Source: Zavarzinia sp. CC-PAN008 (GTDB taxonomy: Bacteria; Pseudomonadota; Alphaproteobacteria; Zavarziniales; Zavarziniaceae). Taken from it: a stretch of 24,000 nucleotides of DNA. Where the stretch lies: positions 4,364,253 through 4,388,252 of the forward strand of contig NZ_CP173678.1 of NCBI RefSeq assembly GCF_051903925.1, read 5' to 3'. The position numbers and the translations under genes are program-made. Shown in pieces: positions 9,319 to 16,350 of this stretch; the stretch's first letter is position 1; each line of letters begins with the position of its first letter. The notes below the pieces were generated by a model. The model was given only the letters and a program-made list of their open reading frames with translations, made no database searches and was not told the origin of the DNA.

Positions 9319-10844
9319 GCCTGCGCGGCCGCGCCCGCGCCCGTGCTGGCGCCGAGATCTGGCCCGGCTTCGTCGATGCGCTGACCACGCTGCTGCTGGT
9401 CATGATCTTCCTGCTCAGCGTCTTCATGCTGGCGCAGTTCTTCCTTGGCCGTCAGCTGAGCAGCCGGGACGAGACGGTGGCCAGACTGAACCGCCAGATG
9501 GCGGAACTCTCAGAGCTCCTGGCGCTGGAGCGTCAGGCTGCCGCCGACGAGCGACAGAGCACTGCGCAGTTGTCCAGCGCACTGCAGGGTGCCAACCGGG
9601 ACCGCGATGCCGCCGGCCAGCAGGCGGGCCAGGCCGCGCGCGATATCGCCCGCCTGTCCGCGGCACTGGCCGAGCGTGAGGCACGGCTGCAGGACCTTGA
9701 GGCGCGCGTGCGCGGCCTGGACGAATCGCTGGCCCGCGAACTCGGCACGTCCGAGGCCGAGCGGACGCGCGCCACCGCACTGGACGCCCAGGTCGCCGAC
9801 CTGGGGACGCAGGTCGCGCGCATGAACGACCTGATCGCTGCCCTCCGCGATGAACTCACCCGCTCTGCCGCGGTCCTGGGCGAGGCCCGGACCAAGGCGG
9901 AAGCGGATGCGGGCACGATCGCCGCGCTGAACGCCAGCCTGCAGGAACTGCGTCGCGACCTGGCGGACCTGGCGGGCAGGCTGGGCGTGGCGCAGGGCCA
10001 GACGGCGACCGATGCCCGCACGATCACCGACCTGCGGAGCCAGATTGCCGACCTGGGCAGCCGCCTGGCCGAAGTGTCGCAGGCGCTGGGTGCGGCGCAG
10101 GCGAAGGGGAGCGCCGACGCCCTGGCGATCACTGACCTGACGCGCCGGCTCAGTGCCCTGCGCCGCTCCGCGGCTGAGTCGGACGCGGCCCTGGCCGATG
10201 CCCGGCTTCAGGGCCAGGGCGCCGCAGCCACGATCGACGGCCTGCGGGACCAGCTGGAGGCACTGCAGGCGCAGGCCGGGGAGACCGCACTGGCGCTGGA
10301 CGCGGCGCGCGCCCAGTCCGCCAGCGACCGCGAGCAGATCGCCGACCTGACCCTGCGCCTGAACGAGGCACTGGCACGGAAGGTTGAGGAACTGGAGCAG
10401 TACCGGTCGGAATTCTTTGGCCGGCTGCGGACCGTCCTGGGGGACCGGCAGGACATCCGCGTGGTGGGCGACCGCTTCGTGTTCCAGTCGGAAGTGCTGT
10501 TCGCCTCCGGCTCTGCCGAGATCGGCGCCGCCGGCCGCGACCAGTTGGCCCGCCTTGCCGCCACGCTGCGCGACCTGATCCCGGCCATCCCGGCGGACAT
10601 TCCCTGGGTCCTGCGCGTTGACGGGCATACCGACCGGGTGCCGATCCAGACCGCGCAGTTCAGCTCGAACTGGGAATTGTCGACGGCGCGCGCCGTTGCC
10701 GTGACCCGCGTCCTGATCGAGGACGGCATCCCGCCGGAGCGCCTGGCGGCGACCGGCTTTGGCGAATTCCAGCCGATCGCGGCCGACGCCGGCGCGGACG
10801 ACGCGCGCAACCGCCGCATCGAGCTGAAGCTGACCGAGCGCTGA
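9315..10844 (+). CDS. MotB/OmpA-family stator-like protein: TM helix with conserved Asp, about 310 aa of coiled coil, OmpA-like peptidoglycan-binding domain
   Basis: WPGFVDALTTLLLVMIFLL (Asp21 codon at 9375-9377). C-terminal FQSEVLFASGSAEI...RVDGHTDRVPI...NWELSTARAVAV...NRRIELKL. Confidence 0.8.
   Translation: MSLRGRARARAGAEIWPGFVDALTTLLLVMIFLLSVFMLAQFFLGRQLSSRDETVARLNRQMAELSELLALERQAAADERQSTAQLSSALQGANRDRDAAGQQAGQAARDIARLSAALAEREARLQDLEARVRGLDESLARELGTSEAERTRATALDAQVADLGTQVARMNDLIAALRDELTRSAAVLGEARTKAEADAGTIAALNASLQELRRDLADLAGRLGVAQGQTATDARTITDLRSQIADLGSRLAEVSQALGAAQAKGSADALAITDLTRRLSALRRSAAESDAALADARLQGQGAAATIDGLRDQLEALQAQAGETALALDAARAQSASDREQIADLTLRLNEALARKVEELEQYRSEFFGRLRTVLGDRQDIRVVGDRFVFQSEVLFASGSAEIGAAGRDQLARLAATLRDLIPAIPADIPWVLRVDGHTDRVPIQTAQFSSNWELSTARAVAVTRVLIEDGIPPERLAATGFGEFQPIAADAGADDARNRRIELKLTER
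9882..10406 (+). repeat. Five tandem 35-residue (105-nt) repeats inside the coiled coil of the MotB-like CDS
   Basis: The I-x-x-L core (TIAAL, TITDL, AITDL, TIDGL, QIADL) recurs at aa 201, 236, 271, 306 and 341, exactly 35 aa apart. Aligned consensus: xA(R/Q)x(K/Q)xxxDAxTIxDLxxxL. Confidence 0.8.
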
Positions 10845-10850
10845 CGCTCG

Positions 10851-11912
10851 TCAGCGCAGGGTGCAGTCGAACAGCGAATTGTCCATCGAGCTGCCCAGCA
10901 GCAGGTGCCGCCCGACATTCACGGCAACCGACACCGCCGCCACCGTGTCGCCCGGATCGGCCAGGATGCGCTCCATGCTCAGGCCCGTCTCAGGCCCCTC
11001 ACCCTGGGGCTCCAGGCGATAGACCTCGGACGGAACAGGCGTGGCCGGGTTGCGGCTGCGGTCCAGCGTCGCCATCAGATTGGGCTGCGCCGCGACCCAG
11101 ACGGAGCCGTCGGGCGCCACGTCCAGGCCGATCGGGTGGCTGTCCATCGCCAGCGCGCTGCGCAGCCGCAGCGATCCGGTATCGGGATCGCGGGTGAACA
11201 GGCTGATCCGTTCCGCAGTCGTTTCCGCGACGTACAGCGTGCGGCCATCGGGTGAGAGGGCGATGCCGCTGGCATGGGCCAGTCCGTCGGCCGCGGGCCG
11301 CAGGCGGGTGCCATCGAACAGGCCCACCGACGCCTCCGCCAGGCCCAGGGCATCCTCCATCAGGCGGCCGAACTCCGTGATGCGGCCATGGTCGTTGGTC
11401 GCATAGAAGCTGGACGGACCCGCCGCCACGACGTCGTTGGGCGAGAGGATGTCACGGCTGGCGACGCCTGGACCCAGATAGACCAGGCTGCCGCCGCGAA
11501 CCTCGAACGCCTCGATGCGCCGGCCGCCAAAGCTGAGGTGGTTGACGACATAGAGCACGCGCTGGCCATCGGGGCCAGCCCACAAGCCCATGCCGCGCGG
11601 GCTGAAATCGACCGGCTGGTCCGGCGTGATGTCGATCGTGCGGCGCTCGTCGCCCGCCACGTCCAGGCGGTGGATCGAGCCGCGTTGCGCCACCCCGTCG
11701 TCCATCCGGTCGGACGAGGCGATGAACACCTGCAGCCGCGCATGGTCGACCGCCATGTCCTCGATATTGCCGGCAAAGGCCTGGGCTCGGCATGTGCCGG
11801 GCAGGAACGCATCGACCTGGCGAAAGGCGCCCGCGCGGTACATCAACGCGACCAGGACGATGGCAATCAGCGCGCCGGTCAATGCCAGGGCCGCAAGAAG
11901 CCAGCGCAGCAT
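10851..11912 (-). CDS. Paraoxonase/arylesterase-like six-bladed beta-propeller (putative lactonase) with an N-terminal membrane anchor
   Basis: N-terminal MLRWLLAALALTGALIAIVLVALMY. The block SPNDVVAAGPSSFYATNDHG...ASGIALSPDGRTLYVAETTAERISLF parallels the PON1 block NDIVAVGPEHFYGTNDHYF...ANGINISPDGKYVYIAE (PON1 sequence recalled from memory, not searched). Confidence 0.65.
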   Translation of the reverse strand: MLRWLLAALALTGALIAIVLVALMYRAGAFRQVDAFLPGTCRAQAFAGNIEDMAVDHARLQVFIASSDRMDDGVAQRGSIHRLDVAGDERRTIDITPDQPVDFSPRGMGLWAGPDGQRVLYVVNHLSFGGRRIEAFEVRGGSLVYLGPGVASRDILSPNDVVAAGPSSFYATNDHGRITEFGRLMEDALGLAEASVGLFDGTRLRPAADGLAHASGIALSPDGRTLYVAETTAERISLFTRDPDTGSLRLRSALAMDSHPIGLDVAPDGSVWVAAQPNLMATLDRSRNPATPVPSEVYRLEPQGEGPETGLSMERILADPGDTVAAVSVAVNVGRHLLLGSSMDNSLFDCTLR

Positions 11913-11924
11913 GAACCGGATGCC

Positions 11925-13766
11925 TCAGCGCGCGGCAGCGACGCCGGCCGCCGCCCCTGGTGCCGGCCCGCTGGCCGCCTGGCCGAACTGCAGCGCCGCC
12001 AGCCGGGCATAAAGCCCGCCCTGGGCCACCAACTCGCCATGGGAGCCGGTTGCGACCAGGCGCCCCTGGTCCAGCACGGCAATACGGTCGGCCTTCAACA
12101 CGGTCGCGAGCCGATGGGCGATGACCAGCGTCGTGCGCCCCTGCATCAGCCGCTCGAGCCCGGCCTGGACCAGGCGCTCGCTCTCGGCGTCCAGGGCGGA
12201 CGTCGCCTCGTCCAGCAGCAGGACGGCCGGATTGCGCAGGATGGCGCGCGCGATCGCGATGCGCTGGCGCTGGCCGCCCGACAGCCGGGTGCCGCGCTCG
12301 CCCAGCGGCGTCGCCCAGCCCTGGGGCAGGCGTTCGATGAACTCGGTCGCGTGTGCCGCCTCGGCCGCGGCGCGGACCTCAGCCTCCGTCGCGTCGGGAC
12401 GGCCATAGCGGATGTTGGCGGCGACATCGCCCGAGAAGATCACGGGGTCCTGGGGCACGATCGCAAAGCGGCCACGCAGCGCCGCGGGATCGGCCTGCCG
12501 CAGGTCGACCCCGTCCAGCAGGAGACGGCCCGATTCGGGATCGTGGAAGCGCAGCAGGAGCTGGAACAGCGTCGTCTTGCCCGCACCGGAAGGCCCGACC
12601 AGGGCGACCGTCTGACCCGGCTTGATCTCCAGGCTGACCTGTTCCAGCGCAGGGCGGTCGGGCTGCAGCGGATAGTGGAACGAAACCTTGTCCAGCACGA
12701 CGTGGCCGAGCGCGGGGACTGGCAGCGCCACGGGGCTTGCAGGCGCGGTGATCGTGGGCGCCATGGCCAGGATCTCGGCCAGGCGCTCCATGCCGCCCGC
12801 CGCGCGCTGCACATCGCCCCACACCTCGCTCAGCGCGCCCAGGGCGCTGGCGGCGACGATCGCATAGAAGATGAAGGCGGCCAGTTGCCCGGCGCTCATC
12901 GTGCCAGCCACGACATCCGTGGCACCGATCCACAGGACCAGGTCGATCGCGCCGAACACGAACAGGATGACGATCGCGGTAAGGATTGCGCGGGCCCGGA
13001 TGCGGTTGCGCGCAGCGGCGAAGGCACGCTCGACCGCCAGGCCATAGCGCTGCTTCTCCATCCGCTCCTGGCCAAAGGCCTGAACGGTCTGGTGGGCGGT
13101 CAGGCTCTCGCCGGCGATGCCGGTCGCCTCGGCCAGGCGATCCTGGCTGGTGCGCGAGAAGGCGCGCACGCGCCGCCCGAACACCACAAGCGGGATCACC
13201 ACGGCCGGTACGACGAGGAGCGCCAGGCCCGACAGCTTCAGGCTGGTGAACAGCAGCATCACGGTGCCGCCGACGAACAGCAGCAGGTTGCGCGCCGCGA
13301 CCGAGGCGGACGAGCCCACCAGGTTCTCGACCAGCGCCGTATCCGCGGTCAGGCGGGAGACGAGCTCGCCCGTCCGTGTCCGCTCATAGAAGGCGGTATC
13401 CAGGGTCAGAAGCCTGTCATAGACCGCGCTGCGGATATCGGCGATGACCCGCTCGCCCAGCCACGATACCAGCCAGAAACGGCCAAGCGTCGCGATCGCA
13501 AGGACGACGACGACGCCGAACAGCCCGATGAAGTAGATGTCGATGAAGCCCGCGTTCTCTGGGCTGAAGCCCATGTCCACCAGGCGCCGCAGGGCCTGCC
13601 CGATGGCGAGGGTGGCGACCGCCGCCACGACAAGGGCCACGACCGCGCCGGCGATCACCAGGCGATAGCGCGTCAGGAACGGCCACAGCATGGCCAGGCT
13701 GCGGACGTTGCGGCTGCCCGCGCGCTCGGCCTCGCCCGTGGCGCTGACCTGGACCGGTCGCCTCAT
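11925..13766 (-). CDS. ABC half-transporter (fused TMD-NBD exporter, ABCB/MsbA-like; resembles mitochondrial Mdl1/ABCB10 type)
   Basis: Six-TM domain with TRTGELVSRLTADTALV. Walker A GPSGAGKTT, signature LSGGQRQRIAIARAIL, Walker B LLLDEATSALD, H-loop IAHRL. Confidence 0.85.
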   Translation of the reverse strand: MRRPVQVSATGEAERAGSRNVRSLAMLWPFLTRYRLVIAGAVVALVVAAVATLAIGQALRRLVDMGFSPENAGFIDIYFIGLFGVVVVLAIATLGRFWLVSWLGERVIADIRSAVYDRLLTLDTAFYERTRTGELVSRLTADTALVENLVGSSASVAARNLLLFVGGTVMLLFTSLKLSGLALLVVPAVVIPLVVFGRRVRAFSRTSQDRLAEATGIAGESLTAHQTVQAFGQERMEKQRYGLAVERAFAAARNRIRARAILTAIVILFVFGAIDLVLWIGATDVVAGTMSAGQLAAFIFYAIVAASALGALSEVWGDVQRAAGGMERLAEILAMAPTITAPASPVALPVPALGHVVLDKVSFHYPLQPDRPALEQVSLEIKPGQTVALVGPSGAGKTTLFQLLLRFHDPESGRLLLDGVDLRQADPAALRGRFAIVPQDPVIFSGDVAANIRYGRPDATEAEVRAAAEAAHATEFIERLPQGWATPLGERGTRLSGGQRQRIAIARAILRNPAVLLLDEATSALDAESERLVQAGLERLMQGRTTLVIAHRLATVLKADRIAVLDQGRLVATGSHGELVAQGGLYARLAALQFGQAASGPAPGAAAGVAAAR

Positions 13767-13779
13767 CGGTCGGGGCCCA

Positions 13780-14112
13780 TCATGCCGGCGGGGCGATCGG
13801 ACGTCCGGCCAGCGCCGTCAGTTCCGCGGCCAGCACCGTCGCCAGCTCCTCCGGTCCGCGCGTCGAGCGCCAGCGCCCCTCCGCGTCGCGCGCATAGTGC
13901 GCGGCGCCGCTCACAGGGGCCGAGAGCCAGAGCTGCCGGCTGGGCAGGTGCCGGTTCAGGATGATCGTGCGGCGGTCGGGATGCACGATGCTGAGCACGC
14001 CGTCAGACAGCTCCGCCTCGATCCCGGTTTCGTCCTCGATCGCGTCGACCACGCTTGCCCACGCCTCAAGGACGGCGTTGGCCTGGGTCTTGAAGCTGCT
14101 CTCGTCGCTCAT
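13780..14112 (-). CDS. cyaY: Frataxin-like iron donor protein CyaY
   Basis: MSDESSFKTQANAVLEAWASVVDAIED...ELSDGVLSIV...IILNRHLPSRQLWLSAPVSGAAHY...W matches the CyaY/frataxin pattern. I chose the internal ATG at 14112; the longest ORF reaches 14178. Confidence 0.8.
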   Translation of the reverse strand: MSDESSFKTQANAVLEAWASVVDAIEDETGIEAELSDGVLSIVHPDRRTIILNRHLPSRQLWLSAPVSGAAHYARDAEGRWRSTRGPEELATVLAAELTALAGRPIAPPA

Positions 14113-14294
14113 GCCGTCGTGAGTAGCGCGAAGCCCGTCCGCCCGCAACGCGCCAAAGCTCCAGGCGGCCTGTTTCACATGGTCCCGGCGCGGCGGTCCG
14201 GCCTGGCCGAGCCACGCCCGGCCGTGCCGCAGAGGACGTCTTGCCCCGCGCGCCCGCTTCTGCTATCCACCCGCGCTTCGCGGAGTGCCCCCAG

Positions 14295-14522
14295 ATGAAA
14301 CAGAACATCCATCCCGATTACCACATGATCAAGGTCGAGATGACCGACGGGACCGTCTTCGAGACGCGCTCCACTTGGGGCAGCGAAGGCCAGGTGATGA
14401 AGCTGGACATCGACACCAAGTCGCATCCGGCCTGGACCGGCGGGCAGCAGCGCCTGATGGATACCGGCGGCCAAGTCGCCAAGTTCAACAAGCGCTTCGC
14501 CAAGTTCGGCATCAAGACCTGA
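14295..14522 (+). CDS. rpmE: 50S ribosomal protein L31 (Cys-less form)
   Basis: MKQNIHPDY...[29 protein letters not shown] at 14295, internal to the longer ORF from 14241. Confidence 0.9.
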   Translation: MKQNIHPDYHMIKVEMTDGTVFETRSTWGSEGQVMKLDIDTKSHPAWTGGQQRLMDTGGQVAKFNKRFAKFGIKT

Positions 14523-14638
14523 TCCAGCCGGCGCCGGCCTCGCCCGGCGCCACGGCTCCCCTGGGTCTCCTTGGGGGTTCTGGAACGCAACGCCCGCCCA
14601 TGCCGGCCACCGGCTGGAGCGGGCTTTCCGCGTATCTG

Positions 14639-15109
14639 TCAGATCACCTCGGCCGTCGCGACGGCGCGCGGGCGGCTGCCCCGATGGGGTGGCACCGGCG
14701 GCAGATCCATCGCCGCGTCCAGCCGTGCGATGCGCCGGAAAAGCCGCTCGCTCTCCAGCAGCAGGCGGGCGAGGTCGTCCGGCAGGCTTGAGGCATCCTC
14801 CGGCCCTGCCAGACACACGCCATGGCCGCCCAGCCGCCGCTCGGTCGAGCGTGCCTGGGCCTCGGTCAGCTCGCCCTTCGTCACCGCCAGCTGGGTCAGC
14901 AGCCAGCTGACCGCATGCGTGATCCGCGAGGTCACGCGGAAGCTCTCCGTCGCGACGATCAGACCGTGGCGATGGCTGAGGCGCGTCGTGTCATAGGGCC
15001 TTGCCTGGGAGAAATAGCGCGCTGCATCGGTCGCCAGGGCGACCGCCCGCCGGACCGCCGCGCGCAGCAGCCGGTCATCGACCGCCGCCTGATTCATTAC
15101 CGCACTCAT
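14639..15109 (-). CDS. rcdA: DUF1465 / RcdA-like protein (regulator of CtrA degradation family)
   Basis: The pattern VATESFRVTSRITHAVSWLLTQLAVTKGELTEAQA and C-terminal LLLESERLFRRIARLD are typical of the family. The start is uncertain (ATG 15109 or 15097; the longest ORF reaches 15226). Confidence 0.6.
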   Translation of the reverse strand: MSAVMNQAAVDDRLLRAAVRRAVALATDAARYFSQARPYDTTRLSHRHGLIVATESFRVTSRITHAVSWLLTQLAVTKGELTEAQARSTERRLGGHGVCLAGPEDASSLPDDLARLLLESERLFRRIARLDAAMDLPPVPPHRGSRPRAVATAEVI

Positions 15110-15122
15110 CCCCGGAAGGCCT

Positions 15123-15150
15123 CTTGAACTGCCTCGACGCATGCCTAACT
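15123..15150 (+). promoter_or_regulatory. Promoter-like element upstream of hsp20 (CTTGAA-N16-CTAACT; heat-shock sigma-32 or sigma-70 type)
   Basis: CTTGAA at 15123-15128 and CTAACT at 15145-15150. Resembles the alphaproteobacterial CTTG-N17-CYTATNT heat-shock consensus. Sits about 100 nt upstream of the hsp20 start. Confidence 0.4.
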
Positions 15151-15221
15151 CAATGGCGTGGCCGCGGTTGCCAATCACGGGACAGCGACCACAAGGCCCG
15201 GCCAAGACGGCGGGTCCGACG

Positions 15222-15246
15222 ATCATCGCTTAGACTCAAGGATGAT
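15222..15246 (+). promoter_or_regulatory. ROSE-like RNA thermometer hairpin sequestering the hsp20 Shine-Dalgarno
   Basis: AUCAUCGCUU (15222-15231) pairs with AAGGAUGAU (15238-15246): 9 bp with a single bulged G (15228) opposite the SD AAGGA. The UCGCU motif fits the ROSE U(U/C)GCU signature. Loop AGACUC. Confidence 0.6.
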
Positions 15247-15250
15247 GACC

Positions 15251-15733
15251 ATGCGTACTTTTGACTTCTCGCCGCTGCTCCGTTCCACCATCGGCTTCGA
15301 CCGCGTGAACCGCCTCCTCGACGCCGCAACCCGCCTGGACGAGCAGGGCGTGTCCTATCCCCCGTACAACATCGAGAAGTCGGGCGAGAACGACTACCGC
15401 ATCACCATGGCGGTCGCCGGCTTTGCGCCGCAGGACCTCGACATTTCGGTCAAGGAGAACGTCCTCGTGATCTCCGGCAAGGGCCGCGAGGAGCGCGAGG
15501 GCTCGACCTACCTGCATCGCGGCATCGCCGCCCGTGGGTTCGAGCGCCGCTTCGAACTGGCCGACACGATCAAGGTCGTGGGCGCCAATATCGAGCATGG
15601 CCTGCTGCATGTCTCCCTGGTCCGGGAGATCCCGGAGGCCAAGAAGCCGCGCCAGATCACGATCGAGTCGGGCCCTGCGCCCCGCGTGATCGAGCACGCG
15701 AACGCCGGCCCCACCGTCGCCAAGGCGGCCTGA
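15251..15733 (+). CDS. Small heat-shock protein, Hsp20/alpha-crystallin family (IbpA-like)
   Basis: MRTFDFSPLLRSTIGFDRVNRLLD...YPPYNIEKSGENDYRITMAVAGF...GLLHVSL. ATG 15251 lies 8 nt after AAGGA. Confidence 0.9.
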   Translation: MRTFDFSPLLRSTIGFDRVNRLLDAATRLDEQGVSYPPYNIEKSGENDYRITMAVAGFAPQDLDISVKENVLVISGKGREEREGSTYLHRGIAARGFERRFELADTIKVVGANIEHGLLHVSLVREIPEAKKPRQITIESGPAPRVIEHANAGPTVAKAA

Positions 15734-15938
15734 CGCGGCGTCCCCAAGCCCCTGCCGGGCCCGGCGCGCTGCCGGGTCCGGCGGGGGCATCCGTGCCATC
15801 TGAACGCGCCCGGGTCCTGCCAGTTGCGGGCGCCGACGCATTCCACTATTGGGATTCGGTCGATCCCTCGCCCGGTCCCGGCCGCGGCGAGGGATCGGCC
15901 CGCGGCGGACGCGCCATGCCGCCAACCAGGAAAGGCCC

Positions 15939-16331
15939 ATGAGCCACACGACCGCTGCGCCGTCCGGCCTCTCGGGTTTGCGGATCCTCCTCTGCGAGGA
16001 TGAGAGTCTCGTCGCCCTGATGCTTGAGGACCTGCTGGCCGATCTGGGCTGCACCGTCGTCGCGTCGATCGACCGGCTGGACGCGGCCCTGGCCACCGCG
16101 AAGGACGCCGCGCTGGACGTGGCGATCCTGGACGTCAACCTGGCGGGCAAGGAGATCTTTCCCGTGGCCGAGATGCTGCAGGGGCGCGACGTCCCCTTCG
16201 TCTTCGCCACAGGGTATGGCAGTTCCGGCCTGCCCGAGCATTGGCGCGACCGGCCTACCGTGCAGAAGCCCTTCCGCACCAGCGAACTGGAGCAGGCCCT
16301 GTTCCAGGCCACCGGGCGCAGCCCTGGATGA
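15939..16331 (+). CDS. Single-domain response regulator (CheY-like receiver only)
   Basis: ATG 15939 follows AGGAAAGG. LRILLCEDESLVALMLEDLL...VAILDVNLAG...VFATGY...KPF receiver motifs. Confidence 0.8.
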   Translation: MSHTTAAPSGLSGLRILLCEDESLVALMLEDLLADLGCTVVASIDRLDAALATAKDAALDVAILDVNLAGKEIFPVAEMLQGRDVPFVFATGYGSSGLPEHWRDRPTVQKPFRTSELEQALFQATGRSPG

Positions 16332-16350
16332 GCATGCCGAGAGCCGCGCC

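Noticed and set aside
8131-10844. Calling the MotA-like and MotB-like pair a Zorya (ZorAB) anti-phage system
   Set aside because: Known Zorya types require additional ZorC/ZorD or ZorE/F/G genes adjacent to ZorAB, and none is present. The MotA-like tail is much shorter than ZorA tails as I recall them. The surrounding genes look like core housekeeping rather than a defence island. I keep only the architectural analogy.
10838-10857. 9-bp perfect inverted repeat GCGCTGACG/CGTCAGCGC covering both convergent stop codons, as a bidirectional terminator
   Set aside because: The spacer is only 2 nt, so the effective stem is short, and there is no U-tract on either strand. It is partly a by-product of two facing TGA stops. 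Not a convincing intrinsic terminator.
14175-14816. 213-aa minus-strand ORF and other ORFs overlapping rpmE and the rcdA-like gene
   Set aside because: They overlap the unmistakable L31 gene on the opposite strand and have Arg/Gly/Pro-rich shadow-frame composition.
16024-16350. N-terminal extension of the crotonase ORF (384-aa version starting at 16024)
   Set aside because: The extension overlaps the response-regulator CDS in another frame and has Arg/Pro/Trp-rich nonsense composition. Crotonase homology begins near the GTG at 16351, which has an SD-like GAGAG.
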